This document shows positions 1-8,202 of a stretch of DNA of 64,000 nt, in pieces. How positions within the stretch are numbered: position 1 is the stretch's first letter; each line of letters starts with the position of its first letter. The notes below the pieces were generated by a model. The model was not told the DNA's origin. It did not search any database and saw only the letters and a program-made list of their open reading frames with translations. Location: the NCBI GenBank assembly GCA_016188965.1, contig JACPGT010000002.1, forward strand, positions 245,852 to 309,851, written 5' to 3'. The stretch is from Candidatus Micrarchaeota archaeon. GTDB taxonomy: Archaea > Micrarchaeota > Micrarchaeia > Norongarragalinales > Norongarragalinaceae. Both the position numbers and the translations under genes were made by a program.

Positions 1-84
1 TTGAAATTATTCCAATAAATACTCAAGGTTTGCTAGACAGTAAACCAAGAGTATTTAGTCGGGTTACTTTCTTGGTTTACTGTA
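1..84. repeat. 84-bp repeat, copy A (may extend beyond the window edge); 83/84 identical to 56295..56378
   Basis: Direct comparison of the two stretches shows a single mismatch at pos 11 (t vs c at 56305). Contains the right arm tcaaggtttgcta (23-35) and a full hairpin acagtaaaccaaga/tcttggtttactgt (37-50/70-83). Confidence 0.9.
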
Positions 85-88
85 TACT

Positions 89-176
89 AAACCACGAAAG
101 TTTTTCGATTTATTCTCGTGGTTTGGTAGATAGCAATACGCGACTATTTCGTCGTTTTATTTTCGCGGATTGCTAT
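89..176. promoter_or_regulatory. Two further hairpins upstream of the cysteine desulfurase gene: aaaccacga/tcgtggttt (89-97/116-124) and ATAGCAATacgcg...cgcggATTGCTAT (130-176)
   Basis: Inverted repeats read directly. They are followed by the TATA-like catatatt (189-196) and the ATG at 222. Confidence 0.6.
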
Positions 177-221
177 AACGACGTTACGCATATATTGCCC
201 TTTACGCTTCATTTTGCCGTC

Positions 222-1397
222 ATGGCTGTGTTTTCTTCCCTCTTCAGCGTACCGTCTGGCCCTGCCTATTTTGATTCCGCCGCGTCCAGCCTCACGTGCA
301 AGGCCGCGTTGGAAGCGATGGCGTCGTATTACAGCCAGGACCGGGCCAACGTGCACCGGGGGGCGCATCGTTATACCCGTCAGGCGTCCGAGCGGTATGA
401 AGCCGTTTACGGCAAGCTGGCGTCATTCTTCAATGCAACGGATCAGGAATTCGCGGCCGTGCGCAACAGTACCGAGGCGCTCAACGCCGTGGCCCTGGGG
501 TTGGATTGGAAGTCGGGCGACGAAGTCGTTGTCACTGACGTTGAGCACCATTCCAACTTGCTTCCGTGGCTGCGTTTGCAGAAACAAGGCGTCAAAATCC
601 GGGTGCTTGCGGCTGACGGGCAGGGCCGTTTCCAGGCGGATGATTTATCGGAATTGCTTTCCAGGAAGACCAGATTGGTTTCGTTCACGGCGTGCAGCAA
701 CGTGTTGGGGGCGTCCGTTCCCGTGGTGGACTTGGCGAAGGCCGCGCAGGATGCCGGCGCCTTGGTATGCGTGGATGCTGCGCAGTACGTGGGCCACCAT
801 GCCGTGGATTTGAAGAAGTGGCCCGTTGACTTCCTGGCGTTTTCCGGGCACAAGTGTTTCGGTCCTACCGGCATCGGCGCACTTTTTCACCGCGAGGGCT
901 CCGGTTTGCAGCCTTGGTTCGTCGGCGGCGGCACCGTGCGAGACGTGACGTTGAAGGATTACCAATTACTGGAGCACCGCGAGCAATTCGAAGCCGGCAC
1001 CCCTGCCATTGCCGAGTGGATCGGCCTGGGCGCGGCGTTGGACGTCGTCTCGAAGATCGGCTGCGCCGCCATCGAGGAGCATGATCGCGGCTTGGCCGAA
1101 AAAATGCTTTCCATCCTACAGGAAACCGACGACGTGCAAGTCTTCGGCCCCACGTCCGCGGCGGAAAAGTCGTGCGCGCTGTTCGCTTTTTCCGTCAAGA
1201 ACGTGCCGCACCATCAAGCCGCCGTGATGTTGGATGAGTTGGGCTTTGCCGTGCGTTCGGGGCACCACTGTGCCATCCCCCTGACGCGCAAGTTGGCCGT
1301 GGAGGGAACGGTGCGGGCGTCGCTTCACGCGTACAACAACGAAAAGCAGGTCGAGGCGTTCGGCAATGCCTTGGAACAGGTGGCACAGCTTGCCTGA
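222..1397 (+). CDS. Cysteine desulfurase, class V aminotransferase (SufS/NifS/Csd family)
   Basis: Motifs HHSNLLPW, SGHKCFGPTGIGALF (PLP lysine) and RSGHHCA (catalytic Cys). The ORF-track start at 30 is a TTG inside the repeat; ATG 222 (MAVFSS...) lies about 27 nt after a TATA-like box. Confidence 0.85.
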   Translation: MAVFSSLFSVPSGPAYFDSAASSLTCKAALEAMASYYSQDRANVHRGAHRYTRQASERYEAVYGKLASFFNATDQEFAAVRNSTEALNAVALGLDWKSGDEVVVTDVEHHSNLLPWLRLQKQGVKIRVLAADGQGRFQADDLSELLSRKTRLVSFTACSNVLGASVPVVDLAKAAQDAGALVCVDAAQYVGHHAVDLKKWPVDFLAFSGHKCFGPTGIGALFHREGSGLQPWFVGGGTVRDVTLKDYQLLEHREQFEAGTPAIAEWIGLGAALDVVSKIGCAAIEEHDRGLAEKMLSILQETDDVQVFGPTSAAEKSCALFAFSVKNVPHHQAAVMLDELGFAVRSGHHCAIPLTRKLAVEGTVRASLHAYNNEKQVEAFGNALEQVAQLA

Positions 1398-1495
1398 AAC
1401 GGCGGCATTTTGATTTTTTGCGGTTTTTTTGTTTTCCGCTCTTGGCGGCAATTATTTTCGGTAATGGTTTTTCCTTGTTTGGAGTTCGGGTTTGA

Positions 1496-2425
1496 ATGGT
1501 CCTGTGTTTCGTCGCGCTGTTCGTCTTCGCCATCTTGGGCGTCTTCTCCGCCAAATACCGCGTTCTGGCCAAGGAAGCGCTCGATTGCGTGGTGCGCACC
1601 GTCACCCTGCGGCCGTGCGAGTCCAAATTGGACGAGCGGCTGCATGCCAAAATCGTGGCCAAGTTGTTGCCCATCTGGCCGGCCGGCGCGCGGGTCATCC
1701 ACAAGAACTTCCAGGCCTTCTCCTTGCTTTTGGTCGTGATTTTCTTCGGCAGCATGATTTACTCGGGCATCTCGGTGTACAATTATTGGGCGTACGGCAA
1801 CTGCAACGGGCCTAATTCGTCGGAATACTGCGTGTTTGACGCGGTCTTGGGGGCAAAAGGGCCGGCCGGTTTGAAAGCCTTGGCGCCAGGAGTCGGACCT
1901 ACGTTGGGTAATGGCTCCATCACGATGGTGGAAGCCGGGTGCTTTACGTGTCCGTTTACGAAGAAGACGCAGCCGGAACTCAAAGTCTTTTTGGCAAAGC
2001 ATCCGGAAGTCAAGCTTGAATTCCGCGCGTTTCCCATTCCATCCCACGCCAACAGTTCGGAGGCGGCGTTAGCGGCGTTCTGCGCGGACGAGCAGGGCCG
2101 ATTCTGGCCGTATCATGATTTGTTGTTCAACGGCAGCGATTACTCGCGGGAGACTTTCCTCACGTACGCCTCCGCTTCGGGTTTGAACCAATCCGCGTTT
2201 TCCGTCTGCTTGGACTCGCAACGCGTCAAGGACCGCTTGCAGAAAGACGTGGATGCCGGCAAGGCCGCCGGGATATACGGCACGCCGACTTTCTTCGTCA
2301 ACGGATCGGCCATGGTGGGCCCGCAGTCGGTGAAGCAGTTCGAAGACGGCTTGGCCGGCAAGGCGGCAGCTTTGGTGGCCGGCCAGGGCGGTTCGTGCCC
2401 GCCCCCGGACTTGGAAAAGAAATAG
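1496..2425 (+). CDS. Membrane-anchored DsbA-like thiol:disulfide oxidoreductase (thioredoxin fold, CxxC)
   Basis: Hydrophobic N-terminal segments, then CFTCPF (CxxC) and a DsbA-like C-terminal pattern (GIYGTPTFFVNG). Confidence 0.7.
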   Translation: MVLCFVALFVFAILGVFSAKYRVLAKEALDCVVRTVTLRPCESKLDERLHAKIVAKLLPIWPAGARVIHKNFQAFSLLLVVIFFGSMIYSGISVYNYWAYGNCNGPNSSEYCVFDAVLGAKGPAGLKALAPGVGPTLGNGSITMVEAGCFTCPFTKKTQPELKVFLAKHPEVKLEFRAFPIPSHANSSEAALAAFCADEQGRFWPYHDLLFNGSDYSRETFLTYASASGLNQSAFSVCLDSQRVKDRLQKDVDAGKAAGIYGTPTFFVNGSAMVGPQSVKQFEDGLAGKAAALVAGQGGSCPPPDLEKK

Positions 2426-2455
2426 TTTTCTTTGCTTTGTTTCGGCTTTTCGGGT

Positions 2456-3142
2456 CTATGTGCGGACTTTGCATTCTCCGAATCCGGCGTTGAGGTTGTC
2501 GCACGCGGCTTGGATTTCGTCCGTCTTGAGCCACTTTTGTTGCAATACCTGGGGGTCCATGACGTTGCTGTTGGGATGGAACGGCTGTAAGAACCACCGT
2601 TTGGCTGGTGCGATTTGCTTTCGGATTTCGCGCAGGTCTTCCACATCGAGGCCGGGTGCGACGGTGGTGCGGAATTCGTAGTCTACGCCTGAAAACTTGA
2701 TGATGTCGATGCTTTGGCGGATCTTGGACGGGTCCAAAAGCACGCCGGTGATTTGCGCGTACTTGGCATACGGCGCTTTGACGTCCATGGCCACGTAGTC
2801 GGCTAAATGGGCTTTGAGGATGCTTTCGAGGCGGTCCGGTTGCAGGCCGTTGGTGTCCAATTTGACGCTGAAGCCTTTTGCTTTGAGTTTTTCCATGAAC
2901 GCCGGCAAGTCGGGCCAGATGGTGGGCTCGCCGCCGGTGATGACGACGGCGTCGACGTATTTTTGTCGGTTCTCTAATTGCTGTAGGACGGTGTCTTCGT
3001 TGACGGTCGGCACGCGGCCGCAGGCCAAGTCGGCGTTGTAGCAGTAGCCGCAGCGCATGTTGCAGCTGGACAGAAAAACGATGCTGGCGACGCGGCTCGG
3101 GTAATCCACCAGTGAGGTCTTCTGAAAGCCGCCAATCTTCAT
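2456..3142 (-). CDS. nrdG: Anaerobic ribonucleoside-triphosphate reductase activating protein (radical SAM)
   Basis: CNMRCGYCYN (CxxxCxxC) near the N-terminus, about 228 aa, immediately downstream of nrdD sequences. Confidence 0.85.
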   Translation of the reverse strand: MKIGGFQKTSLVDYPSRVASIVFLSSCNMRCGYCYNADLACGRVPTVNEDTVLQQLENRQKYVDAVVITGGEPTIWPDLPAFMEKLKAKGFSVKLDTNGLQPDRLESILKAHLADYVAMDVKAPYAKYAQITGVLLDPSKIRQSIDIIKFSGVDYEFRTTVAPGLDVEDLREIRKQIAPAKRWFLQPFHPNSNVMDPQVLQQKWLKTDEIQAACDNLNAGFGECKVRT

Positions 3143-3147
3143 GGTTC

Positions 3148-3312
3148 TTACTCGCTCACGGCGATGGTGGCCGCCGTTGCGGGTTGGACGACGTATTCCT
3201 GGCGTTCGGCGAATTCGGCTTGCTTTCCTTCATTCCACTGGTCTACGGGCCTCAAATAGCCCACGACACGGCTGTACACTTCGCACCGGGTTCGCTGTTT
3301 TTCCTCTTCCAT
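3148..3312 (-). CDS. Stand-alone glycyl-radical segment of class III RNR (54 aa from the ATG; the frame is open back to 3390)
   Basis: Own translation: MEEEKQRTRCEVYSRVVGYLRPVDQWNEGKQAEFAERQEYVVQPATAATIAVSE*. RVVGY plus WN.GK is the NrdD C-terminal glycyl-radical signature. GAGGTGG lies 8 nt upstream of the ATG. The frame differs from the nrdD body. The stop is 5 nt before the nrdG start. Confidence 0.6.
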   Translation of the reverse strand: MEEEKQRTRCEVYSRVVGYLRPVDQWNEGKQAEFAERQEYVVQPATAATIAVSE

Positions 3313-3390
3313 CCCTGCCACCTCTTCATCCGTCTTCCAATCGCGTTTCGCGCCTTTTCCTTTTTTTGCTGCCTTTTTCCTCGTTGCTTT

Positions 3391-3450
3391 TCAGCAGCGG
3401 GGTTTGCAGCGGCTTTTTCCTTTCTTGGCGGTTTTCTTAGTCGGTTTCAT
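3391..3450 (-). CDS. Micro-ORF, 19 aa, Lys-rich with a Cys-containing C-terminus (MKPTKKTAKKGKSRCKPRC)
   Basis: ATG preceded by GGGAGG 8 nt upstream; TGA stop. Below the ORF-track size cutoff; found by manual translation. Confidence 0.35.
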   Translation of the reverse strand: MKPTKKTAKKGKSRCKPRC

Positions 3451-3471
3451 TCTTTCTTCCTCCCATATTTT

Positions 3472-3546
3472 TCAGCCGCAGCATCCTTTGCCGCAGCAGC
3501 CTTCTGTTTTGGCTTTCGTTTTTTTCTTGGCCGGTTTTTCCGTCAT
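3472..3546 (-). CDS. Micro-ORF, 24 aa, Lys-rich with a GCCGKGCCG C-terminus (MTEKPAKKKTKAKTEGCCGKGCCG)
   Basis: ATG preceded by GAGGGG about 10 nt upstream; TGA stop. Manual translation. Confidence 0.35.
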   Translation of the reverse strand: MTEKPAKKKTKAKTEGCCGKGCCG

Positions 3547-3566
3547 TGCCGTTTTTCCCCTCTTTT

Positions 3567-5684
3567 TCAGACCGTGCTGCACGTCGCGGCGGTTGTGCCG
3601 GCGTCGCCCGGTTTCAATTTTGCGGCGGCTTTGCTTTTCAGCCCGATGGGCATTTCGAGGTTTTCAGGCTGGGTCAATACGACGTATCCGATGTCTTCAT
3701 CGCAGCGCGGGCAGTACTCGTGCTCGCCCGCGAGGTACCCGTGCTTGGGGCAGACGCTGAACGTGGGCGTCAGCGTGAAGTACGGCAGGTGGAAGTTGTA
3801 CGCGATCTTCTTGACCATCTCGCGCGCCGTCCGCCAGTCCGAGATGCGCTCTCCGACGAATCCGTGCAGCACGGTGCCGCCGGTGTACTGCGTCTGCAGT
3901 TCGTCCTGGTGTTCCAGCGCTTCGAAGATGTCATCGGTGTGTCCGACGGGCAGGTGCGACGAGTTGGTGTAGTACGGCGCGGCGTGGCTTTCCTTGAACG
4001 CGCGGGCGTTGGCGACTTTGATGTCGGCAAAGCGCGCCGTGTCCAGGCGGGCCAGGCGGTAGGACGTGCCTTCTCCGGGCGTGGCTTCCAGGTTGTAGAT
4101 GTTGCCCGTCCGCTGCTGGTACGTGGACAGCCGCTCGCGCATGTGTTGCAGCACGCGGACGGCGAACTTCTTGCCATCCGGGTGTCCGATGTCCACGCCG
4201 AGCATGTTCTCGACAGATTCGTTCAGTCCGATGAGGCCGATGGTGGCGAAGTGGTTCTTCCAGAATTTGCCGAACGCCTGGCGGATGTCGCGCAGGTAGT
4301 ACTTCGAGTACGGGTAGAGGCCTTTTTCGGTGAATGATTCCAGCACTTCGCGTTTGAGTTCCAGGCTCTGCTGGGCCAGATCCATCAAGGCGTCGAGGCG
4401 TTCGAAGTACTCGCGCGTGTTCTTGGCCAAGAAGCCGATGCGGGGCAGGTTCAGCGTCACGACGCCGATGGAGCCGGTCAAGGGGTTGGCGCCGAAGAGG
4501 CCGCCGCCGCGCTTGCGCAGTTCGCGGTTGTCGAGCCTCAACCGGCAACACATGCTGCGGGCGTCTTCGGGCGACATGTCGGAGTTGACGAAATTCGAGA
4601 AGTACGGAACGCCGTATTTGGCCGTCATCTCGAAAATCTTCTGCAGGACCGGCGCGTCCCAGTCGAAACCCTTGGTGATGTTGTACGTCGGGATGGGGAA
4701 CGTGAATACGCGGCCGTTGGCGTCGCCTTCCATCATGACGTCGGCGAAGGCCTCGTTGAACATCTTCATCTCCGGCTCGAAATCGCCGTAGACTTCCTCG
4801 CGGAACTCGCCGCCGACGATGACCGGCTCGCCGGCCATCATCTTGGGCACCGTCAAATCCAGCGTGACGTTCGTGAACGGCGCCTGGAAGCCCACGCGGG
4901 TAGGGACGTTGATGTTGAACACGAATTCCTGCAACGCCTGCTTGACCTGGGTGTAGTCCAGGCCGTCGTAGCGGATGAACGGTGCCAAGTAGGTGTCGAA
5001 GCTGGAGAATGCCTGGGCGCCGGCGGCCTCGCCCTGCAAGGTGTAGAAGAAGTTGACGACTTGCCCCAAAGCGGTGCGGAAGTGTTTGGCCGGCTTGCTG
5101 GCGATCTTGCCGTGGACGTGGCCGAAGCCGTTCAGCAGCAGGTCCTTGAGGTCCCAACCGACGCAGTACGCGCCTAAGATGCCCAGGTCATGGATGTGAA
5201 AGTCGCCCGAGGCATGCGCTTCGGCGATGTTCGGCGGGTAGATCTTGTTCACCCAGTAGTTGGAGATGACGGCGGAGCTGATGTGGAAGTTGAGGCCTTG
5301 CAGGCTGTAGCTCATGTTGGCGTTTTCCTTGACGCGCCAGTCCGAGCGTTCCAGGTAGTTCTCGACCATGTCGGTCGAATTGAGCATGGAAAAGACGTTG
5401 CGGATGTCCTCGTGCTGCTTGCGGTAGAGGATGAATGCTTTGGCAGTCTTGGCGTGTCCTTCTTCGATGAGCACCTTCTCGACGGCATCCTGGACCTGTT
5501 CAACCGTGGGCGTGGCGCCGATTTGGGACAATTGGTCCACCACGACGCCGGCTAAGCGCTCCGCCGCGGCGCGGTCATGTCCCCCGACGGCGCGGGCGGC
5601 CTTGAAGATGGCATCCGCGATGCGGCTTTTGTCGAACGGCATGATGCGACCGTCGCGTTTCTTCACGAATTCGATTTTCCCCAT
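3567..5684 (-). CDS. nrdD: Anaerobic (class III) ribonucleoside-triphosphate reductase, catalytic body lacking the glycyl-radical motif
   Basis: Recognisable NrdD throughout (FVKKRDGRIMPFDKSRI ATP-cone-like N-terminus; ...HLPYFTLTPTFSVCPKHGYLAGEHEYCPRC zinc site). It ends in a non-homologous tail (DEDIGYVVLTQPENLEMPIGLKSKAAAKLKPGDAGTTAATCSTV*). Start chosen at ATG 5684 (GAGGGG 6 nt upstream); the ORF track extends to 5738. Confidence 0.85.
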   Translation of the reverse strand: MGKIEFVKKRDGRIMPFDKSRIADAIFKAARAVGGHDRAAAERLAGVVVDQLSQIGATPTVEQVQDAVEKVLIEEGHAKTAKAFILYRKQHEDIRNVFSMLNSTDMVENYLERSDWRVKENANMSYSLQGLNFHISSAVISNYWVNKIYPPNIAEAHASGDFHIHDLGILGAYCVGWDLKDLLLNGFGHVHGKIASKPAKHFRTALGQVVNFFYTLQGEAAGAQAFSSFDTYLAPFIRYDGLDYTQVKQALQEFVFNINVPTRVGFQAPFTNVTLDLTVPKMMAGEPVIVGGEFREEVYGDFEPEMKMFNEAFADVMMEGDANGRVFTFPIPTYNITKGFDWDAPVLQKIFEMTAKYGVPYFSNFVNSDMSPEDARSMCCRLRLDNRELRKRGGGLFGANPLTGSIGVVTLNLPRIGFLAKNTREYFERLDALMDLAQQSLELKREVLESFTEKGLYPYSKYYLRDIRQAFGKFWKNHFATIGLIGLNESVENMLGVDIGHPDGKKFAVRVLQHMRERLSTYQQRTGNIYNLEATPGEGTSYRLARLDTARFADIKVANARAFKESHAAPYYTNSSHLPVGHTDDIFEALEHQDELQTQYTGGTVLHGFVGERISDWRTAREMVKKIAYNFHLPYFTLTPTFSVCPKHGYLAGEHEYCPRCDEDIGYVVLTQPENLEMPIGLKSKAAAKLKPGDAGTTAATCSTV

Positions 5685-5912
5685 CGCGCTCCCCTCGTGC
5701 GGAAAAACCCTGCCTATTGTGTTTTTCCGGACTTTCAACTACCATATATAGGTATATAAGCGTTATCATAAACTTTCGGATAGTAACGCCGTTTTCACGT
5801 TTTTCGGCACGCGAATACGTTTCCTGACGATGGGTTCGGTCTACGCTGGGGCCGAGTTTGGGTCAAGTTGAAGGAAAAAAAGACGGAAACGGGTTTTGTG
5901 GGTCTTTCTGGG

Positions 5913-7016
5913 TTACTTGCGGCGGGCTGGCTTGCGTATGGGTTTGCCGTCCGCCGGCGCCATGTGCAGCGTGCGGATGGGAAAAGGGATGTGGATGCCT
6001 TGTTTGCGGAAGATGCGCAGGATGTTGCGCCGTAGGGAGGATGCGACGGCGAATCGCTCGCCGTAGTCCTTGACGCGCACCAAGGCGGCCAGTTCCACGG
6101 CGGAATCAAGGAATTCGTTGACCCGCACTTCCGGCTCGACACCTGCATCGGCTGCCGGAGATGATTTGACGGCTTCTTGCGCGGCCTGCATCAGGGACTT
6201 GAGCGCTTTGTCTACGTCTTCGCCGTATTCGATGCCGACTTTGACCATGACGGTGCGCGTCTCGCGGCCCTTGCTGTAGTTGACGATGACGGAGGCGGCT
6301 AATTTCTCGTTGGGGATGATGTGGATGGCGTTGGCCACGCCTTTGATGCGGGTGGAGCGCCACCCGATTTCCTCCACGGTGCCCTTGACGTCGGACTTGT
6401 CGTTGTCCAAGGCGATGATGTCGCCGCGCTGGATGGGCTTGTCCGACAGCAAATAGATGCCGGCGAAGAAGTTCTTCAGCGAGTCCTGCAATGCCAGCGC
6501 CACGGCCAGGCCGGCCACTCCGAGGCCTGCGATGAGGGGCCCGATTTCCACGCCCAATTCGCTTAAGAGGATGGCCAGGCCGGCGAAGTAGACGGCGGCC
6601 ATGATGAGCTTGCGCACGATGGGGAATATGTCGCCGACGCGGGCCTTTTCCGCGCCGACTTCGACGAGATACCATTTCATCACGGCGTTGAGGGTGCGGG
6701 CCACGGCGTGCGCTACGGCCACGATCAATGCTAAGAAGAGCAGGCCGTCCAAGTTGCGTCCGAATACCGTCAAGCCGGGGGTGACGATTTGCAGGCCGAG
6801 GTAGGCGCCCCCGATGGAAAAGAATAATTTGAGCGGTCCGCGGAGGTTTTCGAAGAGAAAATCGTCCAGCTGGGTCTTGGTCTTGGCCAGAAGCGGCCGG
6901 ATCAGCTTGTCAATGAAAACGACGATGAATTCGGCCAAGAGGATGGAGCCGATGAAAAAGCCTAGTGCCAACGCCCACTGGGCCAGGTTGATGTCGAATC
7001 CGGCGAACAGGACCAT
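5913..7016 (-). CDS. Small-conductance mechanosensitive channel (MscS family)
   Basis: N-terminal TM helices plus the MscS beta-domain pattern (PIQRGDIIALD...GTVEEIGWRSTRIK...IIPNEKL). Confidence 0.8.
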   Translation of the reverse strand: MVLFAGFDINLAQWALALGFFIGSILLAEFIVVFIDKLIRPLLAKTKTQLDDFLFENLRGPLKLFFSIGGAYLGLQIVTPGLTVFGRNLDGLLFLALIVAVAHAVARTLNAVMKWYLVEVGAEKARVGDIFPIVRKLIMAAVYFAGLAILLSELGVEIGPLIAGLGVAGLAVALALQDSLKNFFAGIYLLSDKPIQRGDIIALDNDKSDVKGTVEEIGWRSTRIKGVANAIHIIPNEKLAASVIVNYSKGRETRTVMVKVGIEYGEDVDKALKSLMQAAQEAVKSSPAADAGVEPEVRVNEFLDSAVELAALVRVKDYGERFAVASSLRRNILRIFRKQGIHIPFPIRTLHMAPADGKPIRKPARRK

Positions 7017-7098
7017 GCGGTAATTCTCCCTTTGAGGTATTACGCTGTCGGGGCTTTTATTGGTGTCCGCTGGTTTGCTTGCTCTCCGGGTTCGGGCT

Positions 7099-8049
7099 TC
7101 AAACCAGGCCGTCCAGTCCCTTTTCCAGCGTCATTTGGGGCGTGAAACCCAGTTTTTGCCGGGCCTTGGAAATGTCGAAGACGCGGTCCTCGGCCAGGAA
7201 ATCGACGTACAGTTTGAACAGCTTGCGCTTTTTTCCCGCAAGTCCCTTGAGCCAATCCAGAAGCACGAGGCCGTACGCCAGCCATACGGGCACTTTCTTG
7301 GACGGCGCTGGCACGTGCAGCTTCTTGGCCACGATGGCGTACGCCTGCTCCTGCGTCAGCTCCTCGCCGGACGTGACGATGAACGCGTCGCGATGCACGT
7401 CTTTTCGTTCCAACGCCAGCATCAGAGCCTGCGCCACGTCGTCCACATGGATCAGAGGCACCCGGTTCTTGCCGTTGCCAATGATGGGCATCTTGCCTTT
7501 TTTCACCCAGTCGACGACCATTGAGAAACCTTCGTCAAAACCCGGGCCATAGATGGCCGGCGCGCGGATCATGACGAAATCCAAGTCGCTTGCCTGCACG
7601 GCCTGCTCGGCTTCCAGCTTGGTCCGGCCGTAACCGGCCATTGGGGTAGGCGCCTGCTCTTCCGTGATGGGCAACGCTTTGGGGTGGTGGTAGATGCCGG
7701 TGGATGACATGTGGATGAAACGGCCCACGTGTTCGGCGGACGCGGCTTGGACCACGCGGCGTGTGCCTTCCACGTTGGCCGCCTTCAAGGAGTCGTACGA
7801 GGCGCGAAAATCGACGATGGCGGCGATGTGCACCACGTCTTTTCCGCGCATGGCGTCGCGCAGCACGTCTTGGCTGACGGTCGTGATGTCGCCTTGGACC
7901 AGTTCGACGTTGAGTTCCTGGAACACGTCATGCGCTTTTTGGACGTCGCGGACCAGGGCCGTGATTTTGTAGCCTTTTTCCAAGGCCAGCTGGATGAACC
8001 GCTGTCCGAGGCGTCCGGTCCCTCCGGTGACGAACAGGTTTTTACCCAT
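7099..8049 (-). CDS. NAD(P)-dependent epimerase/dehydratase (extended SDR)
   Basis: N-terminal VTGGTGRLG Rossmann motif and YGRTK (YxxxK). Confidence 0.75.
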   Translation of the reverse strand: MGKNLFVTGGTGRLGQRFIQLALEKGYKITALVRDVQKAHDVFQELNVELVQGDITTVSQDVLRDAMRGKDVVHIAAIVDFRASYDSLKAANVEGTRRVVQAASAEHVGRFIHMSSTGIYHHPKALPITEEQAPTPMAGYGRTKLEAEQAVQASDLDFVMIRAPAIYGPGFDEGFSMVVDWVKKGKMPIIGNGKNRVPLIHVDDVAQALMLALERKDVHRDAFIVTSGEELTQEQAYAIVAKKLHVPAPSKKVPVWLAYGLVLLDWLKGLAGKKRKLFKLYVDFLAEDRVFDISKARQKLGFTPQMTLEKGLDGLV

Positions 8050-8202
8050 GGGGAGTATCAGGCAAAAAAAGCCTTAATAACCATCCGTTTACAGAAGGTA
8101 GAAAGTCGCGCAATCTAGTTTCGAATTCGTTTCCTGAAACGCACCTGTTTTCAGAAGACGGGGTTTGCCGCCGATTGTCGGAATCGGCGGTTTTGCTCAA
8201 AA

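Noticed and set aside
30-221. The MLDSKPRVFSRVTFLVYC... ORF starts (30..1397 and 56324..56515) as a conserved N-terminal peptide.
   Set aside because: Both arise from a TTG inside the 84-bp repeat, which is hairpin-forming intergenic sequence. The desulfurase homology begins at ATG 222, and the second ORF is antisense to the MurG-like gene.
3391-3569. TGA recoding (Sec, Gly or Trp) as the explanation for the interrupted nrdD, since all three stops in the linker are TGA.
   Set aside because: TGA clearly terminates well-behaved genes in the window (for example the cysteine desulfurase at 1395-1397 and several ATGA-coupled genes). Reading through the TGAs in the nrdD frame still does not reach the RVVGY motif, which lies in another frame.
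3313-3690. An intein interrupting nrdD.
   Set aside because: The insert is only about 130 codons of Lys/Ala/Gly-rich low complexity with stops in all frames. It has no intein splicing blocks (no N-terminal Cys/Ser block and no terminal His-Asn). An RNA-level intervening sequence cannot be excluded and is kept as an alternative in the finding.
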